Below, piece after piece: positions 31,488 to 42,285 of a stretch of DNA of 64,000 bases. Below the pieces are notes generated by a model. It was given only the letters and a program-made list of their open reading frames with translations, had not been told where the DNA came from and searched no databases. How positions within the stretch are numbered: the first letter of the stretch is position 1; every line of letters begins with the position of its first letter. The position numbers and the translations under genes were made by a program. The DNA is from Nitrospirota bacterium (GTDB taxonomy: Bacteria > Nitrospirota > UBA9217). The stretch lies in NCBI GenBank assembly GCA_963796285.1, contig CAWCKW010000012.1, forward strand, positions 1,120,001 through 1,184,000, given 5' to 3'.

Positions 31488-33563
31488 TTAGCCCTGGCGC
31501 TTTCGTTCGGCCAGCAATTCGGTGAATTCTTCGGGGGGCAGCGGTTTGCTGAAGAAGTGCCCCTGCGCCTCGTCGCACCGGGCTTCGGTAACGCTGGAAA
31601 GCTGCTCCGCGGTTTCCACGCCCTCGGCAACGACCGATATATTCATTTGATGGGCCATGGCGGTCACTGCGCCGACGATCGCCCGGTCATCCGGATCGAG
31701 GGCGATGTTCTTAACGAACGTTTGATCTATCTTGAGCCGTTGGATCGGCAGCCTCTTCAGACGGCTTAGCGATGAATAACCCGTGCCGAAATCATCAATG
31801 GTGATGCGGATCCCCTTCTGTGCCAGCTCATGCAGGCGGCTGATCGTGCTCTCGATATCCACCACCGCGGTGCTTTCCGTAATCTCGATATCCACGGAGT
31901 TCGGCGGCACTCCCGTTTCATCAAGGATCCTCGTTATCGTGTCCGCAAAGCCGGGCTTCTGAAATCCCCGGGAAGAGAGGTTTGCCGCAATGGAAAAGGG
32001 AGCATACCCGGCGTCCATCCATGTCTTGAGCTGCGCGCAGGCGGTCCGTAACACCCACTCATCGATGATCGTAATGATCCCGATGGACTCGGCGGTCTGG
32101 ATGAACCGTTTAGCGTCAAGCGGGCCCAGTTCCGGGTGCTTCCAGCGCACGAGCGCCTCGGCCGAAACAATTTTCCCCGTCCCGATGTCGATCAGCGGTT
32201 GATAGTGGATCGTCAGTTCCTGGTTGGCCACGGCCCGGCGAAGGGCGTTTTCAAATTTCAGACGCTCGACCGAACGCCGGTTGATGTCCGGATCGTAGAA
32301 CGCGAACGTGTTCCTGCCCTGGTTCTTTGCGTGATACAGGGCGATGTCCGCGTACCGGAACAGTGAATCGATGCTGTCGCTGTCGTCGGGATAGATGCTG
32401 ATGCCCATGCTGACCGTGATAGTGAACTCGTGGCCGGCAATGATGCATTTCTCCCGAAAGGCGTCCAGGATCTTCTGGGTAATTTCCGTGATGTCCTCCG
32501 GCCGTGTGATGCCCGCAAGAAGGATGCTGAACTCGTCCCCCCCGATCCTTGCAACGGCGTCCGAATCCCTGATCGTGGCCCGGAGGCGCTCCGCCACCGT
32601 CTTCAGGAGCTGATCGCCCGCCTCATGTCCCAGCGTATCGTTGACTTCCTTGAAGCGGTCGAGGTCGAGGAACAGGAGCCCCGTTTTCGTTCGATTGCGG
32701 CGGGCTTCGGCGATCTCGAAGCGGATCAGTTCCGTGAACAGCCGCCTGTTCGGCAGGCCCGTCAATACATCGTGATGGGCCATATGCGTGATCTCCTCTT
32801 CGAGTCTTTTGCGTTCGGTGATGTCCACGATGAAGGCGATTTCGTCCTGCCCGTCGAGCTTCGCCGCGCCGAAGAGGCCCCAGAATCTCGACCCGTCCCG
32901 GCTGAGATATTCCGTTTCGTAGGGTGTAATGCGACCGGTCGCACTGAACTGCTCGGACGCCTCTCTCATTCTCGCCTGCCACTCCGGCGGGACCAGACGG
33001 CTCCAGCGCCGAACCCTGCCCGCCGTGAGTTCCTCGCGATTGGAACCGATCATCGCCAGAAATTTGTCGTTTCCGTCGATGATCCTCCCATCGGCATCCA
33101 GGTACGCTATGCCGATGATGCCGCTCTCGCTCAGGCGGCGGAAGCGCGCCTCGCTGTTCCGGAGCGCTTCGACGGCCCGTTTTCGCTCGATGGCATACCG
33201 TATCGAGCGCACCAGAAGATTGCGGTCGATCTTTCCTTTCGTGAGGTAGTCCTGAACGTCCAGGTGCAGGGCCTTAACGGCGACCTCGTCGTCCTCAAGC
33301 CCGGTGAATACGATGATCGGGATAGTGGGCGATTGCCTCCTGATCTTCAGGACCGAGTCCATCCCGTCGCTGTCGGGAAGCTTCAGATCCAGAAGCACGA
33401 TGTCGAATGAACCCTCGCGCAGGACCTGGAGCCCCTCGGACAGCCGTGGCGCCCAGACGAAGGTAAACAAGGGCTCTCGCACCTTATTCAGCGTCATCCG
33501 GATCAGCTCCGCATCGTCCTCATTATCCTCGATCGCGAGTACATTAATGTTCACATTCTTCAT
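31488..33563 (-). CDS. REC-PAS-GGDEF-EAL diguanylate cyclase/phosphodiesterase
   Basis: IEDN..D / DLKLP receiver, PAS, RIGGDEF, AEALVRW, DDFGTGYSSL. Confidence 0.95.
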   Translation of the reverse strand: MKNVNINVLAIEDNEDDAELIRMTLNKVREPLFTFVWAPRLSEGLQVLREGSFDIVLLDLKLPDSDGMDSVLKIRRQSPTIPIIVFTGLEDDEVAVKALHLDVQDYLTKGKIDRNLLVRSIRYAIERKRAVEALRNSEARFRRLSESGIIGIAYLDADGRIIDGNDKFLAMIGSNREELTAGRVRRWSRLVPPEWQARMREASEQFSATGRITPYETEYLSRDGSRFWGLFGAAKLDGQDEIAFIVDITERKRLEEEITHMAHHDVLTGLPNRRLFTELIRFEIAEARRNRTKTGLLFLDLDRFKEVNDTLGHEAGDQLLKTVAERLRATIRDSDAVARIGGDEFSILLAGITRPEDITEITQKILDAFREKCIIAGHEFTITVSMGISIYPDDSDSIDSLFRYADIALYHAKNQGRNTFAFYDPDINRRSVERLKFENALRRAVANQELTIHYQPLIDIGTGKIVSAEALVRWKHPELGPLDAKRFIQTAESIGIITIIDEWVLRTACAQLKTWMDAGYAPFSIAANLSSRGFQKPGFADTITRILDETGVPPNSVDIEITESTAVVDIESTISRLHELAQKGIRITIDDFGTGYSSLSRLKRLPIQRLKIDQTFVKNIALDPDDRAIVGAVTAMAHQMNISVVAEGVETAEQLSSVTEARCDEAQGHFFSKPLPPEEFTELLAERKRQG

Positions 33564-33763
33564 AGCGCTCCCTCGTCGGCAGTTCGCGGTCGCAAACTAG
33601 AAACATCGATGCTCTTCACCGCCTCTACAACTCAAAAAACCGTCCCGGTTCATCGGCTGCGCTGCACAACAGCTGTCCGCATAAAGCTGATGGGATGCCG
33701 GGATGTCCTCCTCCGATTCAGGCGTGGTTATGAGGTGGCCTTTTTGGCAAGGTTTTTTCAGAC

Positions 33764-33905
33764 AACGTACTATAAAAGAAGAGACATGTCAAAGACATTC
33801 ATGAGGGAGAAGACAAAGCAGAGGCTGCTCATATTGCAGCGCATCATTGGGATTATGGAGCGAGGCCTTGCAGGCAGGATGTATGCCGGGTCTTTGTTGT
33901 GTCAT
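33764..33905 (-). promoter_or_regulatory. Duplicated ~140-bp promoter-containing module, copy 2
   Basis: Similar to 31271-31408. Confidence 0.6.
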
Positions 33906-34312
33906 GGGTCCCTATCCTGCCCCGCCCGGTCAGGGGGACTGCCGGCACTGTTGGAGGGGTCACTCCTGGCAATGAGGAAAAGCACGAGCGCGATGGCTGC
34001 GGTGATGAAGCCAACGGTATACGCAAGAGACTCGCCCCGCCATAGACCGGCAAACCAGCGCATGAAATCATCCGCGAGCACAGCCGCGTTTCCGCCATAG
34101 AGCTGCAGATCATGGACATATCTCTTTGTATTTCCACCTTCAGCCGGGTACATAAATCCGCCGATGAATTCATAGCTCGAACCGCTGGGCGCATCATTCT
34201 TGGCTGCCTGATAGATCCAGATAGAGCTGCTCAGACCAGCCAGCAGGACAACGGCGCTGCTGAGGTACAGGAATTTTCGCAGGCGCATGCTTTTTATCCT
34301 CAGTGTGTGCAT
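33902..34312 (-). CDS. Hypothetical two-TM membrane protein
   Basis: Two hydrophobic segments flanking a soluble loop. Confidence 0.7.
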   Translation of the reverse strand: MHTLRIKSMRLRKFLYLSSAVVLLAGLSSSIWIYQAAKNDAPSGSSYEFIGGFMYPAEGGNTKRYVHDLQLYGGNAAVLADDFMRWFAGLWRGESLAYTVGFITAAIALVLFLIARSDPSNSAGSPPDRAGQDRDP

Positions 34313-34392
34313 TGTAATAGCCGTTTTATATTAAGTCGAATGGGTAAATTATCAATCTTCATCAAGCCGCGGAAATCGCGCGGTCCGCGGGG

Positions 34393-35621
34393 CTACTCAT
34401 ACCGCAGCGCATCGATGGGATTCAGGAGCGAGGCCTTGTAGGCGGGATAGAACCCGAAGAAGATGCCGATGAAGCCGGAAAAACCGAACGCCAGGACAAT
34501 GGATACGGGTGATACGACCGTGGGCCAGCCCGATAGATTTGAAAGGATCATGGACGTCGAGACCCCCACGATGATCCCTATGATGCCGCCGATCATCGAC
34601 AGCGTGAGCGCCTCGATGATGAACTGGAGCCGTATGTCCCAGGTCTTCGCCCCGATCGCCATGCGAATGCCGATCTCGCGCGTGCGTTCGGTCACGGACA
34701 CGAGCATGATGTTCATGATCCCGATCCCGCCGACGAGGAGCGAGACCGAAGCGATGGCCCCGAGCAGCATGGTCATCACCCTGGTGGACTGCTCGGCCGC
34801 CTGCATGATCTGGGTGAGGTTCCGCACGCTGAAGTCGGCGTCCTGTTTCTGGCCGATATGGTGCCGCTGCCTGAGCAGCTCGGTTATCTGTTTCTCGGCA
34901 TCGGCCAGGTCCTCAGCGCTCTTTGCCTTGACCAGGATGATCCTCACCATGCCCGGGAACTGGGTACCGAAGAGCTTTTTCTGGGAAGTGGTAACGGGAA
35001 TCATGATCGTATCGTCCTGGTCCGATCCCTGCGCATTCTGGCCCTTGGGCGAAAGAACGCCGATCACCGTGAACGGGACATTCTTGATCCTGATCGACTG
35101 TCCCACGGGATTTTGCTCCCCGAAAAGGTTGTCCACCACGGTCTGACCGAGCAGGCAGACCTTTGTCGCGTTTTTCACGTCCTGAGTTGTAAAGGTCCGG
35201 CCGGCGGACAGTTCCCAGTCGCGCACGATCAGCATGCCCGGCGTTGTCCCGTTGATACCCGTTGACCAATTCAAGTGTCCATATACGATTTGTGCCACAC
35301 CTCCCAGGCTGGGCGCCACTTCCTCTACGGCGGGGCACTCCTTGATGATCGCATCGGCGTCTGCCAGGTTGAGCGTGGACTGTGTCCCTCCCCCCATCCT
35401 CACCCCCCGGAGGTCGTGGCGCCGGGCAGGATGATGAGAAGATTGCTTCCCATGCTCGATATCTGTTCCGCGATCTTCTGACTTGCGCCGGTGCCGATGG
35501 CGACCATGGCGATCACGGCCCCGACGCCGATGATGATGCCGAGCATGGTGAGGGCGGAGCGCATTTTATTGACCCGCAGGGCGCGAAACGATATCTTGAA
35601 CGTTGAAGGAATGTTGATCAT
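34393..35621 (-). CDS. macB: MacB-type ABC transporter permease (frameshift in G run ~35400)
   Basis: RSALTMLGIIIGVGAVI, LLVGGIGIMNIMLVSVTERTREIGIR, PIDALRYE. Confidence 0.92.
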
Positions 35622-35684
35622 AATGAATTTGGGTTCAGGGTTCAGGGGCCTGGATTCACCTGACTCTTGACTACCGACTCTTGA

Positions 35685-36377
35685 CTACCGACTACCGACT
35701 TTCTCATCACTCACGATATGCCCATCCGAGAACCGGATGATCCGTTTGCTGAACGCCGCGATGTCCTGCTCGTGGGTCACCAGGATCACCGTTATGTTCG
35801 ACTCCTGGTTCAGCTTCACAAAGAGCTCCATGATCTCGACGCTCGTCTTGGTATCGAGATTGCCTGTCGGTTCGTCCGCGAGGATGATCGGCGCTTCGTT
35901 CACGAGCGCCCGGGCAATGGCGACCCGCTGCTGCTGGCCGCCGGAAAGCTGGTTCGGGTGGTGTCCTTCCCTGCCTTCGAGACCCACGCTCTTGAGCGCC
36001 TTTCGCGCGTTTTCTTGCCGCTGGTGGGCCGGGAAACCGTTGTAGAGCATGGGAAGCTCGACATTCTCAAGGGCCGATGTCCTGGACAACAGGTTGAAGC
36101 CCTGGAACACGAAGCCGAGCTTCTTGTTCCGGATCTCGGCCAGTGCGTCCCGCGAGAGGCCGCCGGTATCGATGCCGTCGAGCAGATAGTGCCCGTCTGT
36201 CGGCGTATCGAGGCACCCGAGGACATTCATGAACGTGGACTTACCCGATCCCGACTGTCCCATGATGGCTACAAACTCGCCCTTTTCAATGGTCGCTGAA
36301 ATGCCGTCGAGCGCCCGTACCTCGACGTCGCCGAGACTATACACCTTGGTGAGCTTTCTGGCTTCGATGAGCGCCAT
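35685..36377 (-). CDS. MacB-type ABC transporter ATP-binding protein
   Basis: GQSGSGKS, LSGGQQQRVAIARAL, ADEPTGNLD. Confidence 0.95.
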   Translation of the reverse strand: MALIEARKLTKVYSLGDVEVRALDGISATIEKGEFVAIMGQSGSGKSTFMNVLGCLDTPTDGHYLLDGIDTGGLSRDALAEIRNKKLGFVFQGFNLLSRTSALENVELPMLYNGFPAHQRQENARKALKSVGLEGREGHHPNQLSGGQQQRVAIARALVNEAPIILADEPTGNLDTKTSVEIMELFVKLNQESNITVILVTHEQDIAAFSKRIIRFSDGHIVSDEKVGSR

Positions 36378-36378
36378 A

Positions 36379-37582
36379 TCAGAACATCCTCGGCCCTGAG
36401 GTCGGCGTATTCGTCTTCTTCAAAGTCTCGACGATGACCTGCTGGCCTTCCTTCAGGTCGCCGGACACGATCTCAGTATACGTGCCGTCGCTGATGCCCG
36501 GGGTGATGGCAACGCGTTTCGGTTTCCCGTTCTCAAGGATCCAGACTGCCGGTCCTTTCTTCTCGGACGCGCCCGCGCCTGGCTTTGCTCCCGCAGCCGC
36601 GCCGGCCCCCGCTCCTGCAGTCGCGGACCGGTCAGTGAACCGGAACCGCGTGGCCGCGTTCGTGATCCTGAGCACGTCGTGTCTCGTCTGTGATGATGAC
36701 CGAGACGTTGGCGGTCATTCCCGGCATAAGCTTGAGATCGCGGTTGTCCACCTGGATCACCACGTCATAGGTCACCACGTTCTGCACGGTTATCGGGGCC
36801 TGCCGTTTCTGCCATACTTTGCCTTTGAAGGTAATATCGGGATAGGCATCCACGGTGAAATCCACCTCCTGCCCCAGCTTCACGACGCCGATATCCGATT
36901 CCGCGATGTTCGTGTCGATCTGCATCTTGGTAAGGTCCTGGGCGATGGTGAACAGGGTCGGCGTCTGGAAGCTCGCCGCCACGGTCTGGCCCACATCCAC
37001 GTTCCTCGAAATAACGATGCCGTCGACCGGAGAGGCGATCTTGGTGTATTCGAGGTTCTGCCTGGCGATGTCCAAAGAGGCCTTGCTCTGTTCGATCGCC
37101 GCCTTTGACGAGTTCACCTGGGCCTTTGCGCTCTCATAATTCGTGTCGGACGTGTCCAGATCGCTTCTCGGGATCAGATTTTTCGCGAACAGCTCCTTGT
37201 TCCGCTCGAACGTCCTTTTCGCGTCAACGAGGGCGGTATTGGATTTGTCCAGATTGGCCTGCGCCGCGAGCAGGTTCGCCTTGGCCTGCTGCACCTGGGA
37301 CTCGAAGGTGGACGGGTCGATCTGGGCAATGATCTGCCCTTTTTTCACGCGGGAATTGAAATCCACAAAGAGCGCTTTTATCGTCCCCGAAACCTGCGTG
37401 CCGACCAGTACGGTCGTTACCGCGTTGACCGTGCCCGTGGCGGTGACGGACTGCTGGATATCACCTTTCGAGACCTGCTCGGTCCGGTACGACGGGCCGT
37501 CGCCCTTGCAGCCGAACAGCAAGGCCATGAGGCTCATGACGATCACAACGCTGCGTGGGGTGAGCTTTGCCATCTTTTTCAT
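36379..37582 (-). CDS. macA: MacA-type periplasmic adaptor (frameshift ~36690)
   Basis: VGTQVSG, GQTVAASFQTPTLF, L.PGMTANV; C-terminus in ORF 36379..36675. Confidence 0.88.
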
Positions 37583-37654
37583 ATACGGTCCTTTTCCTCT
37601 TTCATTGTTCTGTTCTCGCGAACGTCATGGATCCAGCGGCGGCACTCTTACCCG

Positions 37655-40600
37655 TTATCCCCGGGTGCGGAAAATAGCAAGTTTGCCGAACCTCTTCTGG
37701 AACGTATCAAGATACGTATAGACGACGGGCGTTATATACAGGGTCAACAGCTGCGAAAAGAGCAGACCGCCGACCACGGCAAGACCGAGAGGCCGCCGCG
37801 CCTCTGCGCCCGCGCCCAGGCCGAGCGCAATGGGGAGCGTGCCCATCAGGGCCGCCATCGAGGTCATCATGATCGGACGGAACCTGACAAGGGCCCCTTC
37901 GAAGATCGCTTCCTCGGGTTTTTTCCCTTCCTTCCGTTCCGCTTCAAGAGCGAAGTCGATCATCATGATGGCGTTCTTTTTCACGATCCCGATAAGCATG
38001 ATAACGCCCACATACCCGTAAATATTGAGCTCCATGCCGAAAGCCATGAGGGTCAGCAGCGCCCCCACGCCCGCGGCAGGCAGTCCCGAGAGGATCGTGA
38101 GCGGATGGATAAAGCTCTCGTACAGGACGCCGAGGACGATGTAGATGACCAGGACGGCCAGGATCAGGAGAAGGAACAGGCCCTGCGTGGACGACTGGTA
38201 CGCCTGGGCCGTGCCCTGGAAACTGGTCGTGATGGACTGCGGCAGCGTCTGCCGGGCGACCTTATCCACGTCCCCGACGGCTTCACTCAGGGAAACCCCC
38301 GGCCTCAGGTTAAAGGAAAGGGTCACCGCGGGGAGCTGACCGAGATGATTGATGAGGAGCGGACCCGTGCCCACGGTCGGCTTGGTAACGACATTGAGCG
38401 GTACTAATTTGCCGGACGAAGATCGGATATACAGCATGGTCAGCGAGGACGGGTCCGCCTGGTACCGGGGTTCCAGCTCCATGATGACCTGGTACTGGTT
38501 GGTCGGCGCCAGGATGGTTGAGATCTGCTGCGAGCTGTACGCCGCGCTGAGCGCGCTTTCGATCTGCTGCGCCGTGACGCCGAGCGCCGCTGCCTTGTCG
38601 CGGTCTATCTCGAGGTTCACCTGCGGGTTTTTTATCAGCAGATCGGTATTCACGTCCTGGAGCTGCGGCAACGCCCGAAGTTTCGCTTCGAGGATCGGGG
38701 CCGATTTATACAGCTCGTCCGTGTCCGGGCCCTGGAGCGTATACTGGTACTGGCTCTTCGTAAGCACGCCGCCGATGCGGATGGGAGGCAGGTTCTGCAT
38801 GAAGATCCTGATGCCGATGACGCCCGCGGTCTTTCTGCGCAACTGCTGGATGATCTGGTCGGCGGAAAGTTTACGCTCTGCACGGGGCTTCAACCTCATG
38901 AAGATCCGGCCGGAGTTGGCAGCCGCGTTCGGTCCGCCCGCGCCGATGCTCGACATGAAGGCCTCCACATTCTCGTCCTGGGCGATGATGTCCGCCAGTT
39001 CCAGTTGGTGTTTTCTCATGTCGGCAAAGGAGATCCCCTGCTGAGCCTCGGTAATGGCGAAGACCTGGCCCGTGTCCTCGGTCGGGAGAAAGCCTTTCGG
39101 TATGATATAGAAGAGCGCGAACGTCACGGGAAGAAGCAGAAGGGAGATCATCAGCGTGACAAAGCGGTGTTTGAGCACCCACGTGAGGCTCCTCTCATAG
39201 CTTTTCCGCAGGCGATCGAAGAATCGCTCCAGGACCATGTAGAACCGGCCGTGCCGCTCTTGTCCGGGAGGCCGCAGAAACCGGCTGCAGAGCATGGGGG
39301 TCAGCGTAAGGGACACCACGCCCGAAACAAGGATCGCCACGGTGATCACGACCGCGAATTCATGCAGCAGGCGTCCGAGGATGCCTCCCATGAAGAGCAC
39401 GGGGATGAAGACCGCGACCAGTGAGAACGTCATGGACAGGATCGTAAAACCGATCTCCTGCGACCCCTTGAGCGAGGCCTCAAGCACGGGTTCCCCGTGT
39501 TCCATGTGCCGGACGATGTTCTCGAGCATCACGATGGCGTCGTCGACCACGAACCCCACGGCAAGGATCATCGCCATGAGCGAAAGGTTGTCCACGCTGT
39601 AGCCGAGCACGTACATGGCCGAGAACGTACCGATGATCGACATGGGGAGCGCCAGGCTCGGGATGATCGTGGCCGAGAGGTTGCGTAAAAAAAGGAAGAT
39701 GACGAATACGACGAGCACGATCGCGAGCATCAGGGTCAACTTGACATCGCCGACGGATTCACGTATGGACGTGGATCGGTCGAAGAGAATATCCAGACTG
39801 ACCGATGCGGGAATCACCTCTCGGAACGTCGGCAACAGCTTCTTAATGGAATCCACGACCTCGACCGTGTTGGTGCCGGGCTGACGCTGAATGGCCAGGA
39901 TGACCGCCCTGGTCTTTGCTTTGGACGTATTGTACCAGCTTGCGACCTTATCGTTTTCCACGCTGTCGATGACCCTGCCGAGTTCCACGAGCCGGACGGG
40001 ATTGCCGTTGCGGTATGCCACAATGAGGGGGCGGTATGCCTCTGCATCCATGAGCTGGCCGCCCGTTTGTATGGTGAACGACTTCGTTGCCCCTTGCAGG
40101 GTCCCGGTCGGCAGGTTCACGTTCCCGTTCGCAACCGCGTTCGCCACTTCGTCGATGCCTATTCCGCGGGAGGCGAGGGCGTGGGGATCGAGCTGGGCGC
40201 GGACCGCGTACTTCTGGGAGCCGAATACCTGCACCTGGGCCACGCCGCTTATCATTGAAATGCGCTGGGCCATGGTGGTCTCGGCGTATTCGTCCACGGC
40301 TGCGAGCGGCAGTGTGGGAGAACTGAGCGCAAGATAGATGATCGGCTGGTCCGCGGGATTGACCTTCTGGTAGGTCGGGGGCGTCGGCATGTCCGGCGGG
40401 AGCAGGCGCGCGGCCTTGGCGATCATGGCCTGGACGTCCTGGGCCGCGGCATCGATGTTCCGGCTGAGGTTGAATTGGAGGTTGATCTGAGTAGAACCGA
40501 GCGCGCTCACCGACGTCATGTTATCGAGGCCGGCGATGGTGGAGAACTGGCGCTCGAGCGGCGTTGCCACGGCAGAGGCCATTGTCTCCGGGCTGGCGCC

Positions 40601-40756
40601 GGGCAGCGTGGCGTTCACGACGATGTTCGGGAAATCCACATTCGGCAGATCGCTCACGGGCAGCAGACGGTATGCCATGATGCCGAAGAGAAGGATCGCG
40701 CCCATGATCAGGGTCGTCATGACCGGTCTTCGTATAAAGGGTTCTGCGATGTTCAT
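37655..40756 (-). CDS. RND efflux permease (MdtB/MdtC-like)
   Basis: FIRRPV, GFVVDDAIVMLENI, GIVKKNAIMMIDFA, RFRPIMMT; 1033 aa. Confidence 0.95.
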   Translation of the reverse strand: MNIAEPFIRRPVMTTLIMGAILLFGIMAYRLLPVSDLPNVDFPNIVVNATLPGASPETMASAVATPLERQFSTIAGLDNMTSVSALGSTQINLQFNLSRNIDAAAQDVQAMIAKAARLLPPDMPTPPTYQKVNPADQPIIYLALSSPTLPLAAVDEYAETTMAQRISMISGVAQVQVFGSQKYAVRAQLDPHALASRGIGIDEVANAVANGNVNLPTGTLQGATKSFTIQTGGQLMDAEAYRPLIVAYRNGNPVRLVELGRVIDSVENDKVASWYNTSKAKTRAVILAIQRQPGTNTVEVVDSIKKLLPTFREVIPASVSLDILFDRSTSIRESVGDVKLTLMLAIVLVVFVIFLFLRNLSATIIPSLALPMSIIGTFSAMYVLGYSVDNLSLMAMILAVGFVVDDAIVMLENIVRHMEHGEPVLEASLKGSQEIGFTILSMTFSLVAVFIPVLFMGGILGRLLHEFAVVITVAILVSGVVSLTLTPMLCSRFLRPPGQERHGRFYMVLERFFDRLRKSYERSLTWVLKHRFVTLMISLLLLPVTFALFYIIPKGFLPTEDTGQVFAITEAQQGISFADMRKHQLELADIIAQDENVEAFMSSIGAGGPNAAANSGRIFMRLKPRAERKLSADQIIQQLRRKTAGVIGIRIFMQNLPPIRIGGVLTKSQYQYTLQGPDTDELYKSAPILEAKLRALPQLQDVNTDLLIKNPQVNLEIDRDKAAALGVTAQQIESALSAAYSSQQISTILAPTNQYQVIMELEPRYQADPSSLTMLYIRSSSGKLVPLNVVTKPTVGTGPLLINHLGQLPAVTLSFNLRPGVSLSEAVGDVDKVARQTLPQSITTSFQGTAQAYQSSTQGLFLLLILAVLVIYIVLGVLYESFIHPLTILSGLPAAGVGALLTLMAFGMELNIYGYVGVIMLIGIVKKNAIMMIDFALEAERKEGKKPEEAIFEGALVRFRPIMMTSMAALMGTLPIALGLGAGAEARRPLGLAVVGGLLFSQLLTLYITPVVYTYLDTFQKRFGKLAIFRTRG

Positions 40757-40769
40757 TCGGATAGTCCTT

Positions 40770-40898
40770 GATGATCCCGTAAAAAGTCGGTTATTACCGC
40801 AGAGACGCGGAGGGCGCGAAGAAAACTTATTGAATCATTTTTAATTTCTCTGCGTCTCAGCGCCTCTGCGGTGGATTCAGACTTCGTACAAATGCATC
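40770..40898. repeat. Nested palindromic intergenic repeat (ACCGCAGAGACGC...GCGCCTCTGCGGT)
   Basis: Related to 5728-5860 and 53946-54088. Confidence 0.65.
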
Positions 40899-40969
40899 TT
40901 TCTTAAGTTTATAAATAAGAACGCGAGACGACGATCTTCGTAATTCAACAACAATGACACGGCTGTCGG

Positions 40970-42178
40970 TTACTTTTCATTGCCAGCTTTTTGTTTTTTA
41001 TCCGATTGGCCGGTGCTTGCCTGATCGCTTCCAGTCTGCCCGCTTTTTACCGGGGGTGTTTGCGGTTGCTCCTCTTTCAACTCCACACGGACCCCGGTGA
41101 TCAGGTTGAGCTGTCCGTCGGTCACGACTTTTTCTCCCGGCGTCACGCCTTGAGCGACCACGGCGATATCACCGGACGTCCGTGCGATTGTCACCGGCCG
41201 GGACTCGACCGTATTGTCCGGTTTTACCACAAAGACATACTGACCCTGCTGCCCTGCTTGAAGGGCCGCAGCCGGCATGACAACAGCGTTCCGTTGGGTC
41301 GTGAGCGTCAGGACCACATTGATGAACTGTCCCGGCCAGAGCCTTTTGTCCTTGTTCTCGAAGGTGCCTTTCAGCTGGATGGTCCCGGTGGCGGCGTCCA
41401 CGGCATTATTAATAAACGTAAGCTTTCCCTGAACGGGCCGTTTCTCGTCTCCGGGAATAACAGCATCCACCTGCAAGGATCCTTCAGCCATATATTTTTT
41501 AATATTCGCGAGGTTCTGTTCCGGCAAAGAGAAGGTCACATAGATCGGGACGATCTTATTGATCGTGACCATGGTCAGATCGTTCGCTTTAATGACATTG
41601 CCCTTGTTGATAAGGACGCTTCCGACGCGTCCGTCGATCGGAGATTTGATCGTGCAATAGGCAAGCTGCAGCCTGCCGTTCTCGACATTCGCTTTGTCCG
41701 CCTGGACCACGGCCGCCAGGGCGTCCGCAGCTGAGCGAAACTGGTCATATTGGTCCTTGGAGACATAGTCTTTCTGAACAAGGATCTCGTATCTCTTGGC
41801 CTGCTCTTCCGAATTCTTCGCCTGTGCAACATCGCGCGCGAGCTGCGCCTCGGCCTGCTTGAGGGCCGCCTCGTAGGGTCGAGGATCGATCTGGAAGAGC
41901 ACGTCGCCCTGCTGGACATCCTGACCTTCCTTGAATTGCACGCCGATGATCTCCCCGTTGACCAGGGCTTTCACGGATACGGCATTGTACGCCTCGACAT
42001 TGCCGATGGCATTGATCTGCACCGGGATGTTCTGTTGCATCACATCGCCTATTTTTACCGGTACGGCCGGCTTCGCCGCTTGTTTCGCCCTGCCGTCGTT
42101 GGAACAGGCGCTGATGATGAGAAAGAGCGCGACCGGAACGATCAGTTTCGCGCCCGCATGAACAGGTTTAAGCTTCAT
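40970..42178 (-). CDS. RND efflux periplasmic adaptor (MdtA-like lipoprotein)
   Basis: ISAC lipobox, IDPRPY, SPIDGRVG, LWPGQF. Confidence 0.93.
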   Translation of the reverse strand: MKLKPVHAGAKLIVPVALFLIISACSNDGRAKQAAKPAVPVKIGDVMQQNIPVQINAIGNVEAYNAVSVKALVNGEIIGVQFKEGQDVQQGDVLFQIDPRPYEAALKQAEAQLARDVAQAKNSEEQAKRYEILVQKDYVSKDQYDQFRSAADALAAVVQADKANVENGRLQLAYCTIKSPIDGRVGSVLINKGNVIKANDLTMVTINKIVPIYVTFSLPEQNLANIKKYMAEGSLQVDAVIPGDEKRPVQGKLTFINNAVDAATGTIQLKGTFENKDKRLWPGQFINVVLTLTTQRNAVVMPAAALQAGQQGQYVFVVKPDNTVESRPVTIARTSGDIAVVAQGVTPGEKVVTDGQLNLITGVRVELKEEQPQTPPVKSGQTGSDQASTGQSDKKQKAGNEK

Positions 42179-42285
42179 TATCTTTCGCTGCCTCTCTTTA
42201 TTGATTTACACATCCGGTTATGGAGCAATGCCAGGTACCCCTGGCGGTTAGAGCAACACATTGCCTTCTGCCTGACGTTACCCGG

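Noticed and set aside
33742-33760. Sigma54-like TGGCA site
   Set aside because: The -12 TGC element is absent and it points away from the adjacent genes.
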